A stretch of 64,000 bases of DNA from an uncultured Planctomycetota bacterium (GCA_963841915.1 CAWJEN010000005.1:64001-128000); one strand, 5' to 3'; positions 50,499 through 60,336 are shown, counted from the first letter of the stretch. Notes: a model not told the origin generated them from the letters alone. Made by a program: numbers and translations.

Positions 50499-50824
50499 GC
50501 TGGTTTGCCTTTACGTCTGGGTCTCGAACGCACCACGATCAGCCGATCATGAAGTGCCGGCGGATATAGCGACACTGCCCGCTCCACAAGTGCTTTAATC
50601 TCTGACAAAGCCGGGTGCCGCGGGTTCATCTCGTAGACGCGGGCTTGCCCTACGTTGTGAGACACCAGCACACCTGCGACTTCCAGCCCATCCATTGCCT
50701 CTTGAATCGGCCTGAGGGTGACGCCGTAGAAGCGGGACACCTCACGAGCGTATCCCGATCGGCGCGAGACGATGAAGGCTAAAACCCGCTCCTTATTGAC
50801 TGATCCGAGAAATTCGCCCAGCAT
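50495..50824 (-). CDS. Winged-helix DNA-binding protein
   Basis: GYAREVSR...PIQEAMDGLEVAGVL...ARVYEMNP; ATGA overlap with downstream gene. Confidence 0.7.
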   Translation of the reverse strand: MLGEFLGSVNKERVLAFIVSRRSGYAREVSRFYGVTLRPIQEAMDGLEVAGVLVSHNVGQARVYEMNPRHPALSEIKALVERAVSLYPPALHDRLIVVRSRPRRKGKPA

Positions 50825-50842
50825 GTTGACGCATCATAGGCG

Positions 50843-51994
50843 TCAAGCGACGTCTTCTACGCGTCGGGTCGTCTGACGCTCTGCCTTCTGAATCCAGCCC
50901 CCAGCCAGCACGAGGTCGCCGTCGTAGCAGACCACCGCCTGTCCAGGAGCGACGGCCAATTGCGGCTCGTCGAACTCGACGCGGAGTGTGTTGTCGCCAG
51001 TGCGATAGAGCGCCGCCGGCTCAGGGTCAGCGTTGTAGCGGATCTTGGCGTGGCACTTGAGGCCATGAAACGCGGCCGATGCTTCGGGCGTCAGAAAGTT
51101 AACGCCGTCGGCAACAACGGAGTCTGACAACAACGCCTCGCGGCTGCCGACGATGATGCGGTTCGTCTCGGGCTCCGTGCTGACGACGTACGTGGGCCGC
51201 CCCGTCGCAATTCGGAGGCCGCGGCGTTGGCCGATCGTGTAGCGCTGAAAACCCTCGTGCTCGCCGAGCATGTTACCGTCGGTGTCCACGATCTCGCCGC
51301 GCTGCGTCCCGCGCCCGCGCCTTGCAACGAGGCCGGCGTAGTCGCCGTCGGGCACGAAGCAGATTTCCTGCGAGTCGGGCTTGTTATAGACCGGCAAATC
51401 GTACCGCTCGGCCATCGCGCGAATCTCCGACTTCGGGTAATCGCCGATCGGCAGGAGCGTGCGCGCCAGCCGATCCTCGGCTGCGCCAAAGAGGACGTAA
51501 CTCTGGTCCTTGCCCTTGTCGACGCCGCGGAACAGGCGCGGACCATCCGTCGTGTGCTCAATGCGGGCGTAGTGGCCGCTGGCGACGTAGTCGGCCCCGA
51601 TGGCATGGGCGTAGTCGTCAAGCTTGCCGAACTTGAGCCAGTCGTTGCAGCGAACGCACGGGTTGGGCGTGCGGCCGGCGTCGTACTCGCCCACGAAGTA
51701 GTCGATGACCTTCGAGAAGTCGCGCTCGAAGTTGAGCACGTACAGCGGGATGCCCAGCCGATCGGCCACCCGCCGGGCGTCGGCGGCGTCATTGACGCTG
51801 CAACAGCCTTGCTTGTGCTGTTTTGTGTTGTTGACCCCACAACTCTCGGCCTCCTCGACGCCCTTCGGCGAGCCAAGCCGCATGAAGCAGCCGATGACCT
51901 CGTGACCCTGCTCTTTGAGCAACGCCGCCGCGACGGACGAGTCAACGCCGCCGGACATGGCCAGGACGATCTTGCTGGGCTTGAAGGTGGCCAC
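50843..51994 (-). CDS. mnmA: tRNA 2-thiouridylase MnmA
   Basis: AMSGGVDSS, TPNPCVRCN, SGHYA, KDQSY, DSQEICF, YTIGQRRG, PGQ. Confidence 0.96.
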   Translation of the reverse strand: MATFKPSKIVLAMSGGVDSSVAAALLKEQGHEVIGCFMRLGSPKGVEEAESCGVNNTKQHKQGCCSVNDAADARRVADRLGIPLYVLNFERDFSKVIDYFVGEYDAGRTPNPCVRCNDWLKFGKLDDYAHAIGADYVASGHYARIEHTTDGPRLFRGVDKGKDQSYVLFGAAEDRLARTLLPIGDYPKSEIRAMAERYDLPVYNKPDSQEICFVPDGDYAGLVARRGRGTQRGEIVDTDGNMLGEHEGFQRYTIGQRRGLRIATGRPTYVVSTEPETNRIIVGSREALLSDSVVADGVNFLTPEASAAFHGLKCHAKIRYNADPEPAALYRTGDNTLRVEFDEPQLAVAPGQAVVCYDGDLVLAGGWIQKAERQTTRRVEDVA

Positions 51995-52141
51995 GGTGCA
52001 TCATTGGCGCTCGTTGGGAGGAACGCGAAGGGGCGAAGGCACGATGGGCCGCAAAGTTAGAAGTGAAGGAGGTAGCAACAGACTCTGCCACCCCATCTTC
52101 TTCTGCCGTCGCAGCCCTTCAGGCCATTGCGTTCCTTTGCC

Positions 52142-54478
52142 TCACTCGCCCGCCAACGCCGCCGCTCGTTCAACCATAAGGCGAAACTCTTCGCGACGGG
52201 ACATCTCAGGATCGTCGCGATCCGAGTCCTTCGACGCGACGAGGTACGACGTCAGCTTCATGAGCCCTGGCCACGTCAAGTTGCCCTTGTCGTCGCTGTC
52301 TCGCAGCATCATCCCGAAGCCGGCGACGAGGATGGCGTGCTGCGTGTCATCGTCGGCGTCGGCGAAAGGCACGCTGCTGCTGCCGACGACGAACTCGGCA
52401 AGCTCGCTGGTGCCCTGCTCCTTGGCAGCGTCGGGCAACTTCCATCGCAGCTTTATCGTCGCGAGCTCAGACGGATCGATGCCTGCCCGCTGCGTCGGCG
52501 GCGTCTGGTACTTCAGATCAAGCGCCGGCTCTGCTTCGGCGGTCGCTGCGGGCACGATCTCGTAGATCACCGTCACCTGTTGAGCGACGCCGACGTCGCC
52601 GGCATCTTTTGTGTCGTCGGCAAAGTCCTCATCGGCCATCGTGCGGTTGGCGTAGCCGATGAGCCGGTACGACGTAACGGCCGCCGGGTTGAATTCGACC
52701 TGAAGTTTCACGTCCTTGGCAACGGTTTGGATGTTGCTGAGCAGCTGATCTCCGAGCACACGGCCGGCCTCCTGTTCGGAGTCGATGTAGGCATAGTTGC
52801 CGTCGCCTTTGTTGGAGATCTCCTCCAACATGGCGTCATTGAGATTGCCAGTGCCAAAGCCCAGCACGGTGAGATAGATGCCTTGACTTGCGCGCTCTTC
52901 GACGAGTCGGACGAGACTGCCGGTGTCGCTTGTGCCGACGTTGAAGTCGCCGTCGGTGGCCAGGATTACTCGGTTCACGCCTCCCGGTCGGAAGTTGGAC
53001 GCAGCCATGTCGTAGGCCTGCTCGATGCCGGCCGCACCGTTGGTGCTGCCGCCGGCCGACAGGTTGTCGATGGCATGCTCGATCGTCTGCGTCTCGCTGC
53101 CGTTGGTCGGCGGCAGCACCACGCCGCTGTTGCCCGCGTAGGCGACCATCGCCAGAGAGTCACGATCGTCCAGGCCGCTGGCCAGCCTTCGCTGTCCCTG
53201 CTGAACGAGCGGCAACTTGTCGGGCGAGTTCATCGACCCGCTGACGTCGATTAGGAACACCAGGTTTGCCCCCGGCCGGGTTTGTGCGTCGGGCTTGGCC
53301 GACTGAATGCCGATGCGCACGAGTTTGTTGCCCGCATTCCACGGCGAGTCCGTCACCACCACGTCGGCCGCGAACGGCACCTGCGCATCGACCGCCGGGG
53401 CCGGGTAGCTGTAGGTGAAGTAGTTGACCAGCTCCTCGATGCGCACCGCATCCTTCGGCGGAAGCTGTCCGTCGTTCAGGAACCGACGCACGTTGGCGTA
53501 GCTGGCGGTGTCGACGTCGACACTGAACGTCGACAGCGGCGACACGAGTGGGCTAGCGAAGTCATTGTCTTCGAGGTGGCCGTAGTCCTCGCGATCGTTT
53601 GGCGGCGGCTGAACACGTGCGTGACGGAACTCAGGACTCTCGGGTGTCAGACCGAGTCGGTGACGTTGCAACATCTCGGCGGCTGCCGCAGGTCGCCTGA
53701 GGCTTGTGAGAGCGTCACCTCCGCCGCCGAATCCACCTCCGCCACCGCCAGCCGACTCAGTAGGTAACGCAGGCGCGGGCGAACGTGCGGCCACGGCGGG
53801 CGACGAGCCTCGACTTGGCGTGCGGGCGAATGCATCTCGGGCGTCTGCTGAATTCTGCCGCTTTGCGTCCGCAGCAGCGAGCGAATCGGCAGGCAAGAGA
53901 TTCGATTCCAACTCATTATGCTCAGCGTCGGCAACCGACTGCTGCTTCTGCTCGACTCGTGGGACCTGCTCCCGAAACTCATCGCCCAGCCGGGGCGCAG
54001 GCGGCTGGTGCATCGGCAGCGTGTCCTCCCGACCTTCTTCGCGGATCACCTGCGACGCTTCCGTCTCCTGAAGCGACAGATTTGTTTCCTGCGTCTGATC
54101 GTTCAGCACCAGCCCCGCGGTGATCCCGCCCGCGACCACCGCCGCGGCGGCGAGGAGCGGGAACGGTCGGAACGGGCTGATTTGTAGGCTTGAAGCGTCG
54201 CGGTTGTCCTGCGGTACCTCCAGATCGGTTGCGAGCCCCAACCGTAAGGGCGGGGTCTGGTCCGACACGCTCGCAGACCCCTCCCTCACGGTCGGGGCTC
54301 GCATGGGCGCTTCGTTGGCAAGTGCGTTCTCCAGTTGGGAGGCTGCATCGCGGATCGCCTCGATCTGCTCGCAATCTTCGTCGGTCAGTGTTACCTCGAA
54401 CGCTGCCACTTCGTCGGGCGAAAGCTCGCCGAGGGCGTAGGCGGTCAGTTGCACTTCATGTCCGTTGTGGTCGTTCAC
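52142..54478 (-). CDS. Anti-sigma-like N-terminus + TM + YfbK-type vWA domain protein
   Basis: QLTAYALGELS; TM; STFSVDVDTASY, RIEELVNYF, DVSGSM (MIDAS), ATDGDFNVG, YRLIGY. Confidence 0.85.
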   Translation of the reverse strand: MNDHNGHEVQLTAYALGELSPDEVAAFEVTLTDEDCEQIEAIRDAASQLENALANEAPMRAPTVREGSASVSDQTPPLRLGLATDLEVPQDNRDASSLQISPFRPFPLLAAAAVVAGGITAGLVLNDQTQETNLSLQETEASQVIREEGREDTLPMHQPPAPRLGDEFREQVPRVEQKQQSVADAEHNELESNLLPADSLAAADAKRQNSADARDAFARTPSRGSSPAVAARSPAPALPTESAGGGGGGFGGGGDALTSLRRPAAAAEMLQRHRLGLTPESPEFRHARVQPPPNDREDYGHLEDNDFASPLVSPLSTFSVDVDTASYANVRRFLNDGQLPPKDAVRIEELVNYFTYSYPAPAVDAQVPFAADVVVTDSPWNAGNKLVRIGIQSAKPDAQTRPGANLVFLIDVSGSMNSPDKLPLVQQGQRRLASGLDDRDSLAMVAYAGNSGVVLPPTNGSETQTIEHAIDNLSAGGSTNGAAGIEQAYDMAASNFRPGGVNRVILATDGDFNVGTSDTGSLVRLVEERASQGIYLTVLGFGTGNLNDAMLEEISNKGDGNYAYIDSEQEAGRVLGDQLLSNIQTVAKDVKLQVEFNPAAVTSYRLIGYANRTMADEDFADDTKDAGDVGVAQQVTVIYEIVPAATAEAEPALDLKYQTPPTQRAGIDPSELATIKLRWKLPDAAKEQGTSELAEFVVGSSSVPFADADDDTQHAILVAGFGMMLRDSDDKGNLTWPGLMKLTSYLVASKDSDRDDPEMSRREEFRLMVERAAALAGE

Positions 54479-54987
54479 TTCGTCACCTCCGCGCCGAGTT
54501 GCCGGCGCAGCGTTTTGAGGCCTTCGTGGATCAGGACGCCGACGTGGTTGACGCTCTTGCCGGTCGCGTCGGCGACTTCGCGGTAGCTCAGGCCGCCGCT
54601 GAACCGGAGCCGAAGCACGTCGCGTTGTGAGGCCGGCAGCGTTTCCAACGCGGCAAGCGCATGGTCCTGTTCGTCGTGATGCTCGGCGACGGCGGCAGGG
54701 TCCGTATCCGCCGGGCTCGCCTCCGTCTGGTTGAGGTCTGCAATGTGGTTCATGCGTCCGTCCTTTCGGAGAAAGTCGATGCACCGGTTGCGGACGGCGG
54801 CGTACAGCCAGGCCTTGCCGACCGCCTCCGCTTCGCCCGCCGCGGCCCGCTCGACCAGCTTGCACATGACGTCCTGAACGGCGTCTTCGGCCCTCGCCTC
54901 GTCCTTCAGGATCGAGGCGGCGTAGCGGATCAGCCGGGTGCGGACACCGGCGTCGGCCAAGTCGGGCGGTGGTTCAGGTGGGGCCAT
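54475..54987 (-). CDS. ECF-type RNA polymerase sigma factor
   Basis: AEDAVQDV, WLYAAVRNRCIDFLRK, LSYREVA. Confidence 0.9.
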   Translation of the reverse strand: MAPPEPPPDLADAGVRTRLIRYAASILKDEARAEDAVQDVMCKLVERAAAGEAEAVGKAWLYAAVRNRCIDFLRKDGRMNHIADLNQTEASPADTDPAAVAEHHDEQDHALAALETLPASQRDVLRLRFSGGLSYREVADATGKSVNHVGVLIHEGLKTLRRQLGAEVTK

Positions 54988-55004
54988 CCGGTGCTTACTC
55001 TTGC

Positions 55005-55439
55005 ATGACGACGCAGCGGCGGGCGGTCTTATCGAAAAGGCAAATTTTTCGAGCCGCACTACAACATCGGATCGCTCGACGCACTCTCAGGATCGCCATC
55101 GTCGGCCCAAGCCCGTGCGGCGACTGCTTCGCAGCCTGCTGTCGGCAGAGCGTCAGCGAGTACGCGGTGCTGCTCAATGGTGAGGCCGAGCGTCGCCGAT
55201 TCGGCCCGTGGTCGATCAACCTGCCGGTGCAGGACGGCGAACATGTTCGCAGCGAGCGGGTCATCCCGTATCGCGACGGCCGCTGTCCATTCTTAGGTGA
55301 CGGCAACTTGTGCACGATCTACGACGACCGGCCGTCGGCGTGTCAAGCGTTCGAATGCACCCGGCACTTCGACCCGCGGCGAGGGCACGGCTATTTCCTC
55401 CGCGGAAATCCGAGAGTCGTCGAGCTGCTTCAGCGGTAG
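55005..55439 (+). CDS. YkgJ-family cysteine cluster protein
   Basis: CGDCFAACC, CPFL...CTIYDDRPSAC. Confidence 0.8.
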   Translation: MTTQRRAVLSKRQIFRAALQHRIARRTLRIAIVGPSPCGDCFAACCRQSVSEYAVLLNGEAERRRFGPWSINLPVQDGEHVRSERVIPYRDGRCPFLGDGNLCTIYDDRPSACQAFECTRHFDPRRGHGYFLRGNPRVVELLQR

Positions 55440-56578
55440 ACCCAGACAGCACCGCCCAGGCCGCTGTCGTCGGCGTATGCGTCGCCGCTGGCGAGGTAGA
55501 GCGTGCCATCGCCGGTGATGAGCAGGTTCTCAGCCTTCATCCGCGCGTTGCCGGTAAGCGATGCAGCGTCGAGCCACGCCCCACTGCCGTCGCGAAAGTT
55601 TCGCACGTCGGTCGGGTCCGGCGTGAACCGATACACCCTCGCCGGCACGGCCGAGAGCACGTAGATGTCGCCATCGGGTCCGATCGCAAGATCGGTCACA
55701 TTCGCGCTGCGGCCTGTCTCCGGATCGAACGGCTCAAACTCTGCCAGCAGCTCGGCCTGCGTCGGATCCTCGAGGCGCAGCCGAATGATCTCGCCGCTCG
55801 TGCGGAAGCCGACGTAGAGCCAGCCATCGTGGTAGCCCAGCGCGCTGTGGCCGAGAACGGTGCGGCTCGAGCCGTCCATGTTCGACAGCGAGATCGTCTC
55901 AGCTAGCACGATCTTCGCAGCTCCGGGCTGCTCGAGCGGGTAAGCAATGAGCCGGTTGTTGTCCTTCGCGGCGACGATGAGCGTGCTGCCGACGATGGCG
56001 AGGTTGTTCGGCCCCTTGGCGTAGCCGCCCGCGGTGCCGGGGTAGGCGTCGCCGTCGCGGGGTTCGTGCCGGTCGACAACCGACCATTGTTCGGCGTCGA
56101 TGTCGTAGCGCAGGACGCCGTCGCTGTAGTTCTTGCGGAAGTAGCCTGACTCCGCGTTCTTCACGTCGGCCGCAGGCAGGTCGATGCCGCTGAAGGCGAC
56201 GATGTAGAAGCTGTGCGTCGCCTCGTCGTAGCGCAGGCCGCAGTAGGGGCGATCCGTGTGCTTGTCGTCACGGGCGTCGGCGAGCGTCCGATCGAGCAGC
56301 CGAAACGGCGGGCTCGTCGGCTCGGCGAAGACGCGGGTTCTGCCGGTCGTCGGATCAACTTCCCATATGGTGCCAGCCTTGTCGTCGACGGTGACATTGG
56401 CCCCGCCGTTACCTCGGGCTCTGCCGCGAGACAGGACGTATAACGACGCGATGCCGTCACCGTCAGGGTCGGCCATGGCCAAACCACGCGGGAAGGGCGT
56501 GGCATCCGTCAGCCTCGTCAATTCCGCACCGTTTGCACTTGAAGCGAGCAAAAGCATGATGGCGAGCAGGTAGCGCAT
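55430..56578 (-). CDS. Secreted protein, probable beta-propeller
   Basis: Signal peptide; blade-like motifs FPRGLA, GPNNLAI, DLAIGPDGDIYV. Confidence 0.65.
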   Translation of the reverse strand: MRYLLAIMLLLASSANGAELTRLTDATPFPRGLAMADPDGDGIASLYVLSRGRARGNGGANVTVDDKAGTIWEVDPTTGRTRVFAEPTSPPFRLLDRTLADARDDKHTDRPYCGLRYDEATHSFYIVAFSGIDLPAADVKNAESGYFRKNYSDGVLRYDIDAEQWSVVDRHEPRDGDAYPGTAGGYAKGPNNLAIVGSTLIVAAKDNNRLIAYPLEQPGAAKIVLAETISLSNMDGSSRTVLGHSALGYHDGWLYVGFRTSGEIIRLRLEDPTQAELLAEFEPFDPETGRSANVTDLAIGPDGDIYVLSAVPARVYRFTPDPTDVRNFRDGSGAWLDAASLTGNARMKAENLLITGDGTLYLASGDAYADDSGLGGAVWVYR

Positions 56579-56623
56579 CGTGCCTCAGCATGCACAGATG
56601 CCGGATGCGTTGCAACGAGCCGG

Positions 56624-57514
56624 CTAGTTCGTGCGCGTAATGGTGCGGACATGCGCCTCATACTTTGCCGACAGCTCTTCAAACGACATATCGAGGTAGC
56701 TCGCCAGCGCCCTCCGTGGATCTTGCGGGGCCGATCCGTCGGCGTACGCGGCCAGCAGGCGTCGCAGTCCGGGGCCGTGATACCGCGATAGGTAATCAGC
56801 AAATGCCCAGGCCTGGGCGTAAAAGGTGCGGACCTGGCGGTAGTCGTTAGCACCGACGACGTGGCCAGCGTGCATCCGCAACAGCTTATCGAGCGGCCAC
56901 ACGCGGCTTCTTTTCACCGCCTCGCGAAGGCGGCTCAGGCGGTCGAAGCTCGGGATCGGCTGGCGCGGATTACCCTCCTCGAACCCCTCCTCGAACAGCG
57001 TCGCCAACCCTTCTTCCAGAAACGGCGGCATGGGTGACTTGAAGCCGCGGTTGACGTGTTGGTGGAAGCCTTCGTGCCGCACGATGGCGAGCAGCTTGGC
57101 GACGCTTCCGCTGTAGAAGGTCGAAAACCAACCATCGGTCATGAAGCCGCCACGACTGATGTTGAGGTACAGCGACGCGCGATTTCCCAGCCGCTGCTTT
57201 GTGTGCTGAGCCCATTCCTCGCGGTAGGCGAAGACGAAGGCGTCTGCCTTGTCGTCACCGGCCGGCACCGGGGCAAAGTTCTCGTAGGTCGCGTGGCTTC
57301 GTCCCAGCGTGTCGAGAATGAGTTCGCGCAGCTTTGGATCACCGACGGTGGTGTAGAGGCGGTAGTTCGGCGTCTCGATGAGGCGGCCATTCGCCGGGCC
57401 ATCCGGCCAAGGCTGCACGGGAAGCTTGGCACTTTCGCAACCGATGAGCAGCAGAAACAAACCGCTTATGATGGTCACGCGAAGGAGATAGAGGGCACTA
57501 GGCTGCGTCTTCAT
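56624..57514 (-). CDS. DUF1570-like zinc metallopeptidase lipoprotein
   Basis: Lipobox LIGC; HEGFHQ...FLEEGLA; FYAQAWA; start uncertain. Confidence 0.75.
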   Translation of the reverse strand: MKTQPSALYLLRVTIISGLFLLLIGCESAKLPVQPWPDGPANGRLIETPNYRLYTTVGDPKLRELILDTLGRSHATYENFAPVPAGDDKADAFVFAYREEWAQHTKQRLGNRASLYLNISRGGFMTDGWFSTFYSGSVAKLLAIVRHEGFHQHVNRGFKSPMPPFLEEGLATLFEEGFEEGNPRQPIPSFDRLSRLREAVKRSRVWPLDKLLRMHAGHVVGANDYRQVRTFYAQAWAFADYLSRYHGPGLRRLLAAYADGSAPQDPRRALASYLDMSFEELSAKYEAHVRTITRTN

Positions 57515-58214
57515 GGCCGTCCGGGTTGATATCGTGAGCATTGGCACCCTGAGTCGCAACCGCTTGTGGGGTGAAACTTCTGCCGTCCGCACGCCGCACG
57601 CGACGACGACGCTCATCCGTGCCAGCGCCGACGGCGCCGGTCCGCACGACGGGGAGAAACGCATTCTTGTCGATCCGGGGTTGCCGGGTCCTGCCCTGGT
57701 TGCACGACTCTTCGAGCGGACTGGTCTTAAACCCGAAGACATCGACATCGTTTTTCTGACAACCTTTCGTCCGGCACACCGTAACGGGCTGGAAGCGTTC
57801 CCCAATGCAAAGTGGCTGCTGCCAGAGGCGGAGCATGATGCCGTCCACGATCACCTTGTAGAGCTGCGGGAGCGGGGTGATTCCGATGTCGCCCGCGTGG
57901 TGGATATCGAACTCGAACTGCTGAAGCAGACTCGTGTTCCTGATGACAAGCTCGCCACGCAAGTCGATTTGTTCCCGCTGCCGGGCTACACGCCTGGCAC
58001 GTGCGGCTTGCTGATTGCCGATGCTGCAACGACGACGTTGATCACCGGCGACGCGGTGCCGACTCGTGACCATTTGCTGGCCGCCCAGCTGCTGCCCGAC
58101 ACGTATGACAAGGCACAGGCCGGTGAGTCGCTACAGGAGGTGTATGAAGTCGCCGACACGATTGTGCCTGGTCATGACAACATCTTTGCGAATCCCCGTT
58201 CCTACGGCGGCTGA
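57513..58214 (+). CDS. MBL-fold protein with non-canonical metal motif
   Basis: ILVDPG, TTFRPAH, PGYTPG, TGDA, VPGHD. Confidence 0.75.
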   Translation: MAVRVDIVSIGTLSRNRLWGETSAVRTPHATTTLIRASADGAGPHDGEKRILVDPGLPGPALVARLFERTGLKPEDIDIVFLTTFRPAHRNGLEAFPNAKWLLPEAEHDAVHDHLVELRERGDSDVARVVDIELELLKQTRVPDDKLATQVDLFPLPGYTPGTCGLLIADAATTTLITGDAVPTRDHLLAAQLLPDTYDKAQAGESLQEVYEVADTIVPGHDNIFANPRSYGG

Positions 58215-58223
58215 GGGCACTCA

Positions 58224-58730
58224 TCAGCTCGGAACGGCCGGCGGCTCGCTCTGGTTTGCCTTGGCCATCTGAATCGCTCGGCCGTCAGGACTCCAGTCGA
58301 CGTGCGTCATGTACGCCTCGATGAGCAACAAGCCGCGGCCGCTGCACTTGTGCAGGTTCTCCTCGTTCCGCGGATCCGGCACGTGTTCCCGCTTGAACCC
58401 AGGACCTTCGTCACGGATTTCAATCCAGACACGGTCCTCGCTCACCGCGGCCCGGACTTGAACGCGTTTGCTGCGATCCATGCCGTTGCCGTGCTTGATG
58501 GCGTTGGTCACCGCCTCGTCGAGCGCAAGCTTGACGGCAAAGTAAGCATCGTCGCCGAAGCCGTTCTTGCGGCAGGCGTCGAGAATGGCATCCTGCACGC
58601 GTCGACCCTCGAGCAGGTCGCTCACGATCTCAAATTCAAGCACATTCTCACCCGGCTGCGGGCCGTGCATCGGCCCTCTCGCCGACGCGCCCGTTTGCGG
58701 GTTTCCGCTGTCTGGGCTGTCGGAGGACAT
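58224..58730 (-). CDS. Anti-sigma factor Ser kinase (RsbW/SpoIIAB-like)
   Basis: EAVTNAIKHGN, DEGPGF, GRGLLLI. Confidence 0.88.
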   Translation of the reverse strand: MSSDSPDSGNPQTGASARGPMHGPQPGENVLEFEIVSDLLEGRRVQDAILDACRKNGFGDDAYFAVKLALDEAVTNAIKHGNGMDRSKRVQVRAAVSEDRVWIEIRDEGPGFKREHVPDPRNEENLHKCSGRGLLLIEAYMTHVDWSPDGRAIQMAKANQSEPPAVPS

Positions 58731-58776
58731 GATCAAGGTCGGTGGGTCGAAAACTGCAGAGGAACGTCAACGAGAG

Positions 58777-59217
58777 TCAGGCCCGCGGCTGAGCGAAACT
58801 GGCCAGCGCCGCGTCACGATCAGGGAGAATCTTGAACAGCGTGTCGAGCTTCGTGATCGAGAACACCTCCATGATCTGGCGGCGGATATTGCACAGTCGG
58901 AGTTGGCCGTTCTTTTCTCGGATGCGGCTGTTGACGTTGATCAGCATGCCAAGGGCCGCACTGGATAGGTGCTCGACCGTCGCAAAGTCGAGCAGCAGAC
59001 GCGGCTTACTGTTGGCGTCGACAATGGAGTTGAGCCTGCCACCGATCTCGGTGATGTTCGCCTCGTCGAGCACCTTGCTCTGGACAAACTCGACGAGGTC
59101 GACCGACTCCTGCGGGCCGGCAGGTGTCGCTGGCTTCACTTGAGAGACGCGGAGCAACTGATCTGCCGAGGCGGCCGCGGCAGGGTCGGCGTATCCGGTC
59201 GCGGTAGTGTCGGACAT
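58777..59217 (-). CDS. STAS anti-anti-sigma factor
   Basis: LDFATVEHLSSAALG, LCNI..QIMEVFSITKLD. Confidence 0.88.
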   Translation of the reverse strand: MSDTTATGYADPAAAASADQLLRVSQVKPATPAGPQESVDLVEFVQSKVLDEANITEIGGRLNSIVDANSKPRLLLDFATVEHLSSAALGMLINVNSRIREKNGQLRLCNIRRQIMEVFSITKLDTLFKILPDRDAALASFAQPRA

Positions 59218-59298
59218 AATGCTTTGGCTGGTCGGGCGACGACTGACAACCTTTGCCGGCACGTCGCGAGGTAACATTAGTGGTCGCACACCACGGGT

Positions 59299-60336
59299 TC
59301 AAGGCTGCCGCAGGACGACGACGCAACCGGCCACCGCCACACACATCGCAGCAACGACCGCAACCCATTGACCGACGAGAGGCCGCACAAGCATCGGCCG
59401 CAGCTTTGCAACCGTCGCCGCCTGATCAAAGGCCAGCGAAGGCAGTGTGGGCGTCACGTTCGCCATCTGTGTTTCAGGCGTCTCGGCGAGCCACTCGACA
59501 AGGTTGGTGCAGAATCGCACGAATTCGGCCGACTCTGCGGCTTCATCATCGAAGGCCAGTGCGACCCGACGTGGCGACTCACTGGCGAATACGAGCGGGT
59601 TGCCCGCCGCGTCCCAGGCGACACCCGGCAAGTCAGGTGCGATCGACGGCCTCGCCAGCAACATCGACTCGTGCTCCAACTGGCGAAGCGGCGGAAACGG
59701 CGAAAGCGTCAAAGGTGATTCGGCTGGGCCGTCGAAAGGGAGAAACGTGATCGCTCCCCCAATGTCGACCACCACCGACTGCTCACCAGGCGTCCGGGTG
59801 CCGGTATAGGCGGTGGCGAAGCGTCTGAAAGGCGCCGGTAAATCAGCAGGCACGTTGAGACGCGGCGCGAAGCGTGCCGGTAGCTCCTCTGCCTCCTCAG
59901 CTTCGCGTGGTGTTGCCGGGGCAATGCGAATGACGCCCGGCGGCACGGCAGCATCGGTCAGCCTGATGTCGCCGTCCTTGCCATGCCGTAAATTGTCTGG
60001 CACGCCCAGTTCCTGCAGCACGGCCGCCAGTCGAGCCTCGGCTTCGGCCAGGCGTGACGGTGACAACGCATCAACCGACACCGTCAGCGGAAGTTGACGC
60101 CCGTGCTGCAACGCCGGTTGCGCTAAGGCGAGCACGGCCAGGACGGTCGCAATCAGCAACAGCAAGACTGGCAGCGGCGGTGGCCGACGGCTCTGCGATC
60201 CACGGCGGGTCGCCATCGCGCGCCAGAGGACAGTGCTCGGCACCTGCGTCGGCGTCGCTGTCGCGCTCCAGAGCCACCACGCTGCCACGGCGACTGGCAG
60301 GAGGAGCAGCAACATCCACGGCGCTAGCAGCGTCAC
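59299..60336 (-). CDS. BatA-like N-terminal domain membrane protein
   Basis: PWMLLLL...VPSTVLWR...LALAQP; C-terminal TM. Confidence 0.6.
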   Translation of the reverse strand: MTLLAPWMLLLLLPVAVAAWWLWSATATPTQVPSTVLWRAMATRRGSQSRRPPPLPVLLLLIATVLAVLALAQPALQHGRQLPLTVSVDALSPSRLAEAEARLAAVLQELGVPDNLRHGKDGDIRLTDAAVPPGVIRIAPATPREAEEAEELPARFAPRLNVPADLPAPFRRFATAYTGTRTPGEQSVVVDIGGAITFLPFDGPAESPLTLSPFPPLRQLEHESMLLARPSIAPDLPGVAWDAAGNPLVFASESPRRVALAFDDEAAESAEFVRFCTNLVEWLAETPETQMANVTPTLPSLAFDQAATVAKLRPMLVRPLVGQWVAVVAAMCVAVAGCVVVLRQP

